A stretch of 63,704 nt of DNA, the filler included, from Reticulomyxa filosa (lineage: Eukaryota; Protista; Foraminifera), in the NCBI GenBank assembly GCA_000512085.1. It is 16 parts of 16 records of this genome, joined end to end, with 100 filler letters (N's around TTAATTAATTAA, not from the genome) between each part and the next. Parts side by side here need not be neighbours in the genome. Positions count along the whole stretch, not along the records: positions 35,985 to 38,473 come from ASPP01020151.1; positions 38,574 to 42,687 come from ASPP01003097.1; positions 42,788 to 45,887 come from ASPP01009377.1; positions 45,988 to 52,315 come from ASPP01011970.1; 12 more parts are not named here. One strand, given 5' to 3'. A program made the translations under genes and the position numbers. The notes below the pieces were generated by a model. It was not told the DNA's origin, did no database searches, and was given only the letters and a program-made list of their open reading frames with translations. The first letter of the stretch is position 1; each line of letters starts with the position of its first letter. Positions 36,894 to 48,996 of this stretch are shown here, piece by piece.

Positions 36894-39800
36894 CGAGCTT
36901 TGATGAATTTTTTTAAAGGGTATTTTTCAAGTTTAAAAACAAGTCCTCATGTTATTGTTTTTCATAAGATATTTATAACTCCGAAAGGTCTTTGTATGAG
37001 ACTAAGATCTTATTAATAAGAAATAGACTGCAACAATTAAAAAGCTTGAAAAAGGCCAATGAATTAAAAGTGACATTTAAAAAAAAAGCAACATTATATT
37101 ATGGTTATGGTTCAAACAAAGGGTATGTTATTGATATTCTATTAAGGTAATTCCAAAACACAAGTACTCAAAAAAACGCCAAAATACTAACGAAAAACTC
37201 GTTGTGGACTTCAAAATTGACTCTTTTTTTTAAAAAAAAATTAAGACAAAATAAAACTTGGATTTTGACCAGTTTGTAGTGAAATGAATTGTTTAGAAGT
37301 GCTGGTCTATCATAAGGTATATTGAATGAAGTAATCTTTTTAGATGTCTTGTTTGTTTAATAAATGATTGACAATTCAATAAAAAAATGGTATGAATAAT
37401 CCAATTAAAAATATTATTGTGATTAGCAAAAAAGTGAAAAAGCACAATAAAGAATGATAAGGCATATGATATAACAAATTATAATGATCGTTCTGTATTC
37501 TTTTAAAAGAATATTTTCTAAACAAAAAATAAAATAAGAAACAAGATGTTCTCACGAACTTTGAGATTAATATTATTGGGAGTGTAACTTTTGAAAAGAA
37601 CAGCAAAAAGGTATTTTACATTACAACAAATTATTTCAAACAAAAACTGGTTTCAAATAAAAAGTTGAATTGTGATCTCACTTTGCTGGTGTTATTGAGT
37701 GACTCAAATAGAATTTCCTTCTTTGCGATATATTCTTTGTTTGCTTGATCAAACAATAATTGCACATAATTCAATACAAAATTAATCAAGCTGCGCCATA
37801 ATTTCTTTTAATTTTTTCTGCTCCGTTGTGAGATATTCAAAAAGTGCATCTTGTATGCGTTTGCAATTGCGATATTGAGCTTCTTTGTCCGACATCGTTA
37901 CACTCACGAGCGAATAGACGAAAGTAGATTATATTGTGCTACCAGTGGTGCGCTGTTTATCGACTGATTTACTAACTTGTGCATTCCTTATTTCAATCAA
38001 CTCCGAGAGTTCTAACATACACCGATTTTTGAATTGATTTGCTGGCAAAAAAAAAAAAAAAAAAAATTGAGCAATGATACACAACCGGTACAAATTACTA
38101 AGCACGCTTATTATGGAGCCATATTTGCATCATTGTTATCGTTTTCACCACCTCTTTGTTCTATGCCTTGGGGGTTATAAAACCCTGGTTTTTGAGCCAC
38201 TCGTTTTTAAAAAATCTTTTATGACATTTGTCTTGAAAGCGCAGCGAGCAATTTCAACTTCGTGAGTTCTTCTTTTAAAACCTCTTGCAACTTCGTTTTC
38301 ATCATGGGAGTTGCATGATCACATGATGGAGCCACTGTACACAAGAAAACAAAAACTGTTTGATTTGTTTGTTACGTGGACAACAACCACAAAACACAAA
38401 AGGATAACAGTATTATAAATGACCAGCCATTACTTGAAAGCACTGCAAGGATAGTCAAAAACGCGAAGAGCCANNNNNNNNNNNNNNNNNNNNNNNNNNN
38501 NNNNNNNNNNNNNNNNNTTAATTAATTAANNNNNNNNNNNNNNNNNNNNNNNNNNNNNNNNNNNNNNNNNNNNTATTTCCACTTGAATAATTTTTTTTAA
38601 TTTGCATGTATCATAAATTTCAATTCTTTCTTTATAATTTTCTATTTGTCTAGTCTATTCAATTATTCCAAAAGTTTGTCCTAATGTGTTTGAACGAGAT
38701 TGAGACAAACATTATAATTCAATCAATATCACTTTCATTTGATTGAATTAAGCAATGATTAATCAATTGTTGCTCAATTATCAGTTCATTTCCAAGATTA
38801 ACAAACTTCTTCATACATTTATATACCCTTTTTTCATTACATAAAAACTGCTAAATTCACATATGAGTATTCTCTTCACCAAAGAGTACTTACTTGCAAA
38901 GTTGTAATGTTATTATAACAGTAATATAATTATTTGATGACATATATGACTCAAAGTATAACTGATAAATTATGTTCAATTAATTTACTGAATATTATAA
39001 AAAAACTAACAAATTTTGTGGTGATGTCGCCAAAATCAGATTCATCAAGAATCTTTTCTATTGTTTAGCCCAATATCCAACAAAGAGGCCTTTGCAAAAC
39101 AATTATTTCAATTAACAGCCTGGTAATACAAAAATTTGTAAGATAGCAGTAGTGCTCTAAAATCAATGATATAAATTTTCAAAATTAAACTTTTATTTTT
39201 CTGTTGTCTGTTATTTTTTATTATAACTTCTGCATAATCACATTATTACAAAATATTTTCAAAATGTAAGTTCGCCAAAAAGAGAAACAAAAATGAAACT
39301 ACTCATTACTTCGAAGATAAAAAAAAAGAAAGAATATCACGTCCGTTTTGAAACGGGTCCACATTAGAATCTTTCCTCAACAGCAGATAAAAAAGGTACT
39401 ACCGCAACACACCACCAAGTACCGATCAGGTATAATCATTGACTGTATATTCATACTAAAATTTCATGAACAACATACTTTCAATAATTGCATTTGTCAA
39501 CAACGAGTACATTGCCAAGGAAAATGATTTTGAGATAATAAGAAATTGGACAAACAAAAGAGTAAAAAAAATATCGGATTTTTGATGGAAGCCTTACTAG
39601 AAGCTTTTCCTCAAAGTTTAATCCAAATGAATGCGCTTGCTTGTGCCTTCAAAGCTAATTGAACAATCGTGGGACTTTTCAGTATTTTTGTTCCGATGAA
39701 CGTTACTAGTTTGTGATTTTGTTGGGACTTTTTTAGTGATTGTCACCGTTTTTGTGTCCACCTCTTTCCTACAATCAATCCTTATTTTCAGCTGTGACGC

Positions 39801-40276
39801 AGAGTGGGTCTTACATGTATCATAAAGGGTCGTGGCTGCGCCAATTGTGAGCAGATAAGGTAGTGTTGGTCGATATCCCCTCAGTTGTTGTAACGTGTTC
39901 GTGTTTTGCATTTAGTCTCGCTTTGCAATTTTACTTCGCAAAGAGCTCTGCACTCACTTCAAATTCTTGCTTCCAAAATGAGGATTTCTTTATTGTTCAT
40001 TGTGATACTACGATTGACATTCGTTTGGAGCAGTCTTTTTCTGTTGCTACTTGTAGAATTTGCATTCTTCTCCGTCATTGCATTTGACTTGCAAAAGTTT
40101 GACAAACCACGTTCCGGGTACAAACATGACCCTTTCACAATACTCAGTCAAGTGGTGATCACTAGTTCTGCCAAGCAAATTGTATTTTTGTTTTGAAGAA
40201 AATTGCGAGGAAAAAACTCTGTCACGTGTGCACCATAGTCTGAGTGTGGCCAACTTTTCCTCCGTTTTAGTCAAAT

Positions 40277-41451
40277 TTGCGCAACAATCTGAAGATTAAA
40301 ATTACAAATGGTTATTATTTTGGTCGCTATTGTGCTGTTCTTGAAAGCGTTCCATTGTTTATCCCTGCTGTATTTCATTGCCAAACGAAATGCATGAAAC
40401 AAATCAAGACTTCGACTTGCAAGCAATCACTCTTACACCTTAAACAGCTTGGATTTGACGTGAAAACTTCTTGTACATTCAATCGCACACTACAAGATGT
40501 TGTCGTAAGGCTAGCAATAATCAATCTGATACTTAGTAGTTCGCACATAAGTGACACAAAAAAAAATTGCACCCGTTTCTGTGCAGAGAGTTACTTGAAA
40601 GAAAAGACATACCATGCATGTGCAGAGAATCAAAGTGAATGTGGACACACAAAGGTGGCTGCTTTATCTTGGCAGGAATTGTCTTTTGCTCATTTTTGGC
40701 CTTTCCATACTGATGATGCTATCACAACACTTTATAAGATGTTGAAGACATGGTATTTAAATTTAATTCAAGAAACAAAAGAATTCTGTTTTATCGTGTA
40801 GGCCACATAAATTGTGCATACAAATTTTTTTAAATGAGGCTCAAATTGTATTCTGTGTCATTACACCTTGATCCTTTAGTTGATCACTCTACCTTATCTT
40901 TACGTCTGTTTCATCTATGTTTGGACCACTTTAGGTATTGTTGATATTAATCGATTATAATTGCTATTACTGATGTTACACTGTTTATTATTGTGGATCT
41001 GTATGTTCGTAGTGCTTACACACTTCTTTTGGTCGTATTTGTTATCGTGGTATATGCTACCAGGTAAGATTGAAAAAGTTTTCCAGATAAAATCCTTCTT
41101 GGAAAGAAAACAGGGTTTTTTAAATAAATCAGGGAAAAGATTTACATTAACGAGGAATTCATGCATAATCATCAAATTATTTTAATAAGACATGTCAAAG
41201 GTCTCTATGAATACATTGTCCTTCTCCCCGCAGCGCGAAAGAAAGTGATCGAAGAAGTACTAGGAACACATGTTGCCAGTATTATTATGTACTTGTTCAA
41301 TGACATTAATTTAAAAAAGATTGGCCAACTTTTTGACAGGGAAAAGAGTTTGCCACTTTCGTTGTACAATGAATTTGATTGGCATTTCAAAGATGAGTGT
41401 TATAATTTGTTAAGGAAGAAACAAGTTCAAATAAAGTTTTTAATAATGTGA
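40277..41451 (+). CDS. Hypothetical, fragmented or spliced coding region
   Basis: Collinear ORFs 40277..40801, 40961..41185 and 41161..41451; no domain recognised. Confidence 0.3.
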
Positions 41452-41560
41452 TACAATGAAGCACATTTTAGTACCTCTCCTACTCCTGTCCGTGCTACTG
41501 ATAACAAACGCTATGTTTTGCAAAAATTAATGGTAAGATAACAAAACAAAAAAAAATGTA

Positions 41561-42118
41561 CTAATTTGTAATTTTTTCTTTGATGATAATCGTCTTGCCC
41601 TTTTTTTTACTTTCTAATGTGACGCCATAAATTTCAATGTAGTTTACTTTTGGCATTCCAAATATAGATTCTTGAGTTTTGACATAAACTTTCTTTAAAA
41701 TGCAATGTTTTCCATTAATTTTAGTTGTCAAATAAGGTTTATTAGCTTCAGTATCTGTTACTAAATAGGCTTCTAATTGAGGCAAAGCGACCAAAGAAAC
41801 TTTTTTTTTCATATCCGGCTTGATAAATTCACTGTCAACAGTGCAACCATACGCCATTGTCCTTTCCAAATACGAGAGTTCAGATCGGTCATCTTTCTTC
41901 CCATTGCTTCGGTTCACTTTAACGTAGTCAGGGTCAATATCTAGCCAGTATCCATCAATACTATCAAAATGCTTCAGGTCATTCTTTGTTTTCGCTCCTT
42001 CGTAAACCACTATATTACCGTTCTTACTTCGTTCTATCCAAAACATGACCGTATCTTTATTTATTTGTTCTGTTGGGAGTTGTACATTTTCCGTTTCTTC
42101 AATGGGAGCCACAGACAT
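41561..42118 (-). CDS. DUF4833-family protein, intronless
   Basis: MFWIERSKNGNIVVY..YWLD..ELSYLERTMAYG..INGKHCILKKVYV..FGMPKVNYIEIYG..EKI matches the DUF4833 pattern as I recall it. Confidence 0.75.
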   Translation of the reverse strand: MSVAPIEETENVQLPTEQINKDTVMFWIERSKNGNIVVYEGAKTKNDLKHFDSIDGYWLDIDPDYVKVNRSNGKKDDRSELSYLERTMAYGCTVDSEFIKPDMKKKVSLVALPQLEAYLVTDTEANKPYLTTKINGKHCILKKVYVKTQESIFGMPKVNYIEIYGVTLESKKKGKTIIIKEKITN

Positions 42119-42790
42119 ATTTAGAATGCTGAACAAAAATTAAAAAATTCAAAATTTTCCAAAAAAAAAATGTAACCTTTTAACTGTTGCTTCAGATTGC
42201 TTTGTGTTGCATCTTATTGAATTGTGAAAACTTGGCAGCGTTTTGATAAAAAATGTTCCCTGCAGAGCAGAGGAAGGCTTTGCGTCAGGGCAAATGAAGA
42301 AAAAAAGTTTTGTTTTTACAAGTAACAGAGAAACAACACAAAAAAAAATAAAAACGAAGCAAATTACAGAAAGAAAAACAGCCAATGCAAAAAGAAAGAG
42401 TCATGACAATGATTAAGTAGGTGTGACATCAGCAATAGTCAGCAATGGAATAGACTTTGAACAAAACTTGTGCTGCAATACGATACATATTATTGTTGTT
42501 GCTTTGGCTCATCAATTGCATAACACCCTTGGAATCTTTCCAGGTGCACAATAATGTCGACAGCAAGATCAAAGCATGTTCATTTGCTAGCTCCATTACT
42601 TCTTGCAAAGATTTGCGGTGACGAATATCTATAGAAGTGTGCAAATGGAAAAGGAAGGGATGCAAGCTCAGTGCAAAAAAAAAAAAANNNNNNNNNNNNN
42701 NNNNNNNNNNNNNNNNNNNNNNNNNNNNNNNTTAATTAATTAANNNNNNNNNNNNNNNNNNNNNNNNNNNNNNNNNNNNNNNNNNNNTTT

Positions 42791-42831
<41 letters not shown>

Positions 42832-42859
42832 AGATACGTATACTGGTGAAAAATTAGTT

Positions 42860-43225
42860 TCAAAAAAAACCTGTTTGTCCGTACGCAATTAAAACTGCGT
42901 TAAATCCTTTCAAAACATTAGTTATCATTGGAATCACAATCGTTTTGAATGCGTCTTCGTTGGAATTATTAGGCTTAAACACTCTTTCAAAATCATACTC
43001 GTTTGTGATTTTGCCTGTTTTGTTGCGTACTCGATTGACACCTTCCACTGTCAAACTCACTTTCTTGGGCTCCCATGGCATTAAACTACGCACCCTTGCG
43101 TAGATTTTTGTTGATACTTCCCTTACTGGCTCCTCTGCTGAGGGCTCTGCACTCAAGTCGGGCTGGGGGCCATCTTCTTTTTCTTTGGTCTCTGCTTTGG
43201 CCTCTGTTTTAGTATTTTTAGACAT
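42860..43225 (-). CDS. Kinesin motor domain, first exon
   Basis: KIYARVR; YDFERVF; NVLKGFNAVLIAYGQTG (P-loop start) followed by a GT donor. Confidence 0.92.
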   Translation of the reverse strand: MSKNTKTEAKAETKEKEDGPQPDLSAEPSAEEPVREVSTKIYARVRSLMPWEPKKVSLTVEGVNRVRNKTGKITNEYDFERVFKPNNSNEDAFKTIVIPMITNVLKGFNAVLIAYGQTGFF

Positions 43226-45012
43226 GTATCGGTCTTTTCGTTCAGACGGGGGAAAAAAAAAAGCAAAGCGCTGTTTTTACTTAAAAAAAAGCAAAACAGA
43301 TTTTTTTTGACAAAATCGATGTGAAAATACCGACAAGTAACTTTTCAGTAAATTAAATCTATGCCGTTACAAGTTCGAAATTGTAAGTTTTTGTTGTTAT
43401 AGTAGACTAATGACACCTATTCTCGACTCATTTTTAACAATATGAACTAGACCACACGTTCCCAGATCTTCTATCTGGGACTTAATGATGACCGCAACTG
43501 CACTACGTTTAATAGAATGATGTTTTCTTTTTACATTTTTATGACTGTTAACTTACTTTATCATTTAAAATCACTTGACGTGTTAAATATGTATCAGTAT
43601 AGTCAAAAAGAAAAAAACTTTAAGTACACAAAGCATTAATTTTAAAAAACCAATTCATTAAATAATGGCAAAGATTAAAGTCATCAAGAAAATTCCAAAG
43701 TGAAAATATGGAAACAACAAGCAAAAAAATTTTAGCACTCAATCAAATAGTACAAATAAACTTAATTTAATTTGAATTTTTGGAAAAAGGGTAAGCTAAT
43801 TCAGATCTTATAAAATAATATACTAGTGTTTTTTTTCACCTTTGCAAATTTAAAGAATTCTATGTTTAAAAGTTAAAAAAATTCATTTCTTTCCTTTTTT
43901 GGATATAATTTAAATACTGATTTTGTATAAATTGCAAATATTTATAATGGTTTATTTTAGTTTTTTTTTAATCGATAGGTGATTATGAATTAATATTTTT
44001 ACACATTCATTAAATTGTAAAATTTAACCTATTTCCGTATTTACTCGCCTAATAAGCGTCATTGTAACGATTTTTTATGTGTCTGCTATGCAATAAGACT
44101 GTCTGATTGTTAATGTAAGTGATTCTGTCGTTATTTCTTATAGACTGTAAATATTAAACACTCGATACCCCAATTTAGATTGAAATAACGTTTGCAAAAA
44201 TGAGATATTGTTTCATCTATCCAGAATTGCAATTACGCCACTCCACAGTAGTAAGTAGGACCGCTCTCAGGTCGTTCTATTGTCGCTCCTGACGACATTG
44301 GCATAGTATTTAATTTTTTTAAAAATTTTGACAACACTTTGTCGATTATTTGTCTGGATATGATTTTAAAATAGATCAAAATAATTTTTGCAAAAAGGTT
44401 CAACCTTTACTATGTGACAACAAATGGGCTCAATGCACAACAAAAAAAATTTGAAAACAAGAAAGAACATAAAACGATTAAACCTAAAACAAAGACCAAA
44501 TTGAACTAAAGTTCCAAAATTTGTTGTTCAAAGTCAACATTTGCATCATAAACTATTCTCTTATATTTCATGCGCTTGTGTATTTTAATGTTTTTGTTTT
44601 CATGCTATAAAAATTTTGGCTCTCATTGCTAATTAGGTCGCCAGGTGACAAACTCCGATTCGACTGAGTTTTTTTAACGAACAGAAGCTCTTTGTTAGTT
44701 TTTTGATTTGACGTTGAAATCGGTTTTTGCTCATCTTTTGGATTAATTCTTTGAGATTTTGCTAAGCGTTTATACGGTGAAATTTCATAGTAGTTTAACA
44801 ACACTTCAGAGCGTCTCTATAATACTTCGGAGTGGAAAAAATTTCGGATTAGTGTGACAGTACAACAGTTAAATCTGCAAAAAAGAGAGTATTTTAATTC
44901 GACTGCTTATTTCCAATTTTCTAATTTTTTAATTTATGTTTACGCTTAGTTTTTTTGTTGTAGCACTTGGTTTTTTGTCTTTGTCTGAACACTGGTGGAA
45001 CAAGGCGATACG

Positions 45013-45887
45013 ATGTACCAAGACGAAGGCAAAATTGGTTCACAGACAGACACTGGCTCTAACGAAACAAAGGGATCGGAAGACTTCAATGTAATGATAA
45101 CAAGCTCTGATTTGATGAAAGATTTCAATTTAACTCCAGAAGAAACTGGAGTGTTTGAATTTTTTAAGAGTCGTCACGAAGAGTTGAGCAGCAATGTAAA
45201 TAATAGAAACGCAAAAATGTTAGAAGAATTAAAAGATTTTGAATCAAATCCCAATGTTGTTCGAGCTGTTAAATCGATTTTATTAAAAGTAGCTGTTGAC
45301 ATGGATTCTAGAGTCGGTAAGAATAAGTGCGAAGGTTTAACTCCAAAAGATAAGTTAAAGTTGGCATTTCGTGAGGTGCTAGGTAAGTCAGACGAGATAA
45401 AATTGGAGGATTTTGTAATGATTCAAAAAGAATCTTGGAGCGATATTCAAAAGCAAATGGCTGATTGGAACAAAAATCCTGACCAAATTTCATTGTTTAA
45501 AATTATGCTACCCAACATAATGGCAAGATTGAGCAGCAGCGAAAATTTTTCAACATTGTGTCAACACGACGTATTCACAAAAAATGAACAGAGTCCACTT
45601 TTTGAATTTTCGGAAAAGATGATTTTAGTGCTTCTTTTGGAAAAGTTCCCGATTTGCAATTACAAGTTTATGGAAATGTATTCAAGAATTCCTGGCAAGG
45701 CTCAGCCTTTTTTGTATTATAGTCCACTTGACGACAAGTACAAGATTGCACTTAGTGCTTATTATAATCTCTTGGTACCCGACAGACCTATCATTGTGTC
45801 GTTGGGGGAAGGGAAAATTGGAAAAAGTAATCTTATTAATAGATTGTTCTTTACCGAGTTTGAGGAGCATTCTGTCAATCCATTGCA
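45013..45887 (+). CDS. P-loop NTPase, VLIG/GVIN1/URGCP-like N-terminal region, intronless, 3'-truncated
   Basis: PIIVSLGEGKIGKSNLINRLF.TEF (GxxxxGKS) preceded by FMEMYSRIPGKAQPFL. Confidence 0.55.
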
Positions 45888-46119
45888 NNNNNNNNNNNNN
45901 NNNNNNNNNNNNNNNNNNNNNNNNNNNNNNNTTAATTAATTAANNNNNNNNNNNNNNNNNNNNNNNNNNNNNNNNNNNNNNNNNNNNTTTTTTTTTTTTT
46001 TTTTTTTTAATTGAAAAAAAAAAAAAAAAAAAAAAGCTCTATTCAATTAATATCCACACATATAAATATATGTGTATATATGTATATATATATATATATA
46101 TATATTATGTATAATGGAA

Positions 46120-48134
46120 AAAAAAAACTTGATCAAAAAATCCATAAAAGCCTCGAAGCCACTTCGGTCTTTAATAACTTGTCTCAGTTCGTGTTTTTGC
46201 GAAATGTCCAATTCGTGCGGACGAAAGGAAAATTTCTTGGGCTTCCAGTCGCCAACCAATTTTTTGAGACCTTCCAACCTCTGCTTGGCTTGATGGCCGA
46301 GAGTACTTTCGCTGTGTTTGAGTTTCTCCTGGCTTCCAGTCTGCGTTATTTGTGGAGTTTCAAACGGCAATGCATCACCGCCGTGGTCAGCGTCTGCTAG
46401 TTTGCGTGTTTCCTTGGTGGTCTCATATGAGACAATGGTATTGACAATGGCATTGCTATTGGTATTGGTATTACTATTGGTATTGGTATTACTATTGGTA
46501 TTGATATTGGCATTGATATTGGTATTGGCATTGATATTGGTATTGGCATTGATATTGGTATTGGCATTGTTATCGTTGTTGATAGTAATACTTGTCAGTG
46601 CATTTGTATTTGTATTTATATCTATATTTACATTTGTAGCTGTAGGTGTAGTTAAGATTGTATTCGTCGTTGCAATTGTATGAATATCTGTAGCTGCAGA
46701 AGCAGAAGGGGTTGGAGTGGCAGTCGACGTGGTATTGATAACAAGACCAGTGATCATTTCAACTTCGTGTTTTTGCAAGTGCGCAAGATCTTTGGGTGTG
46801 ATCAAGAGTTCGGCGACGGATGACATTTGGCGACGTCCTCGAAAGCCATTGACCGAGGTGACGATATCGGCGGCATTGGTGACATTGGTGACGTTGGACT
46901 GGAGTTGCCAGTCGGAGAGGACCGAGAGAGGTGTGGAGAGCTGCTGTGTGGGACGAGTGGAGTGCGTGGGCAGAGTAGAATGCGTGGGCAGAGTGGTAGT
47001 ACTGGCCAATTGTTTGGAAGACAAATGTTCGGTTAAGTGATGCAAGGCACTTGTATGAGAACTATTATTGTCATTGGTTTTGGCTATGGTTGTGGTATTT
47101 TCAATGTTAAGGTATACACTATTATTATTCATTCTATTGCTATTCGCCGAATACATTTTCGAACGCTGCGATGCTTTTTTTGTTATTATCTTCGTGTTTT
47201 GCATTCGATCGTTATGTTGCACTACCCAATATGTGCCGGTGAAAATGTTCCCATAAAAAAAAAGAGCCGGAGCAATAGCACGCAGCAGCGGGAGAATAAG
47301 TGGATCGTACGTATATATTCGGCCCTTATCCCAGTTTTTCAAAAACCCAAACGTAAAGTAACACACAAACGCCAGTGTCAAAAAAAATAAATGCAACAAT
47401 GTTTCTTCGCGCACGTAGATGACGTCTTGCACGCTCGAAATTTTATACGTCAATATGATCTTTGCTATTATCAACATCCCACAGATACCTGCAATCAATC
47501 CATCCACTAATATGTGGTGGCGCATTATTATCAAATATCCACATCCCCCTCCCACCACGATGATCACTGCTGCCAATATTTGACGCGTTTTTTTCACATC
47601 TCCAAGGGAATGCTGGTACTTCAAATAAAATGATTGCTGCTCATTTCCTACAAATGTGCTCAGCCACATTTGCTTCGCGGAATCGCGGCTATATTTATAT
47701 GCAAATAGTATGTGCCAAAGTCGATACGAACCCACGCATACGATCACAATCAAAACTACCACTTCAATTACAAAATTCCCTTTCCATTCTCTTTTTAATA
47801 AAATATGTGCTATTACCACCACTGATCCGACAACTTTTTTTTTTTTTTTTTGTTTAAAAAGTTTTTATGCGTATGTGTGTATTTTTTTTTTTCTTCGCTC
47901 CCTCTCACTTTTTTTTTTTGCTTTTTCTTTTTCATTGCCTGTATTGTAAAATAAAATTGATAGAAACCACATTATGCCTAATGTCGGCTGCCTTCCTCTT
48001 ATGAAAGACAATTTCCGAATTTTATAGTACCGCTCCATTTGGTAGAGTGCAAACGGGCAGAAAATCAAATATGTTACACATAACCACGACAGCCCTACAA
48101 TTTCAACCGCGTTCAACGAGGCTCTTGCAGACAT
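46120..48134 (-). CDS. 7TM-RGS protein (multi-pass membrane domain, N/T-rich linker, RGS domain), 3'-truncated
   Basis: FIRGRQP before TM2, about 7 hydrophobic segments, DVIYVREE before TM6, then ELRQVIKDRSGFEAFMDFLIK (first RGS helices). Confidence 0.75.
46440..46570 (-). repeat. Coding 18-nt tandem repeats (NANTNI / NSNTNT)
   Basis: Repeated GGTATTGGCATTGATATT units on the + strand. Confidence 0.85.
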
Positions 48135-48996
48135 TTTTATTTTCTTCTTTATTTTGCTCCCAATTTTTCAACACTTGATCAGCTCTTTAGTTATCTTTCC
48201 AAAATTAGAACTGATTACAAGTGCTGTGAGTAAGATTGCAAACCATCAAAGGTGCGGCTTCCCTCTTGCAAACAAAAAATTACGTACATTTTCTATAACC
48301 ACTAAACTTTACTTGATCTGGACTGCCTAATAAGCTGCAATAATTAATTGTTGCTTATTGCGTTATTTGTTCGATTAGATTTGTTTTGAAGAACAAGTTT
48401 AGACAGTGTTAACAAAGAAAAAATAAAGTTTAACAACAAATATGAAGCAGAGGAATTCAAAAATCAAATTCACTGTTGTGTACATAATAAATAATGAGAT
48501 ATAAAATTTGTCATTGTCATTAGACAATATTTTGACTACTGTCTATCAAATGAATCACTAAATTTACGTAAATTGAAAGATATGACACAGTATACTTAAT
48601 TTTTCGATTTACGTATTTTTTTTCTTTTATATAGATATATTTTCTCTTCTTTTTTGTTTTGTTTAAATATAATTGTTTGCATAAAAGGACAAAAAAAACA
48701 AAAAACTAATCATACATTGCAATTAATTTTTTCTGACAAAAAGATAGAATTAGAAGCAAAACTATTTTTTGTTTTGTACGTATATCAACTTAAAAAAGTG
48801 CTAATAAATTAAAAATAAGAAACACATTGTGCACTATTTATTCAAAGAATAAATTTTTTATGGTTTGTAAAGTATTGATTTTGTTCAATGCAATTTCATT
48901 AAATTAACGAGTTAATAGAGGTTAAAGTATTCAAATTTTCCAACATGAACATACCAAACAATTCTTTTTTTGGACCAAACATATTTAGTGTAAGTG

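Noticed and set aside
43460-43480. TCCCAGAT-CTTCT-ATCTGGGA hairpin upstream of the kinesin gene
   Set aside because: A single 8-bp stem is expected by chance in 64 kb and has no supporting context.
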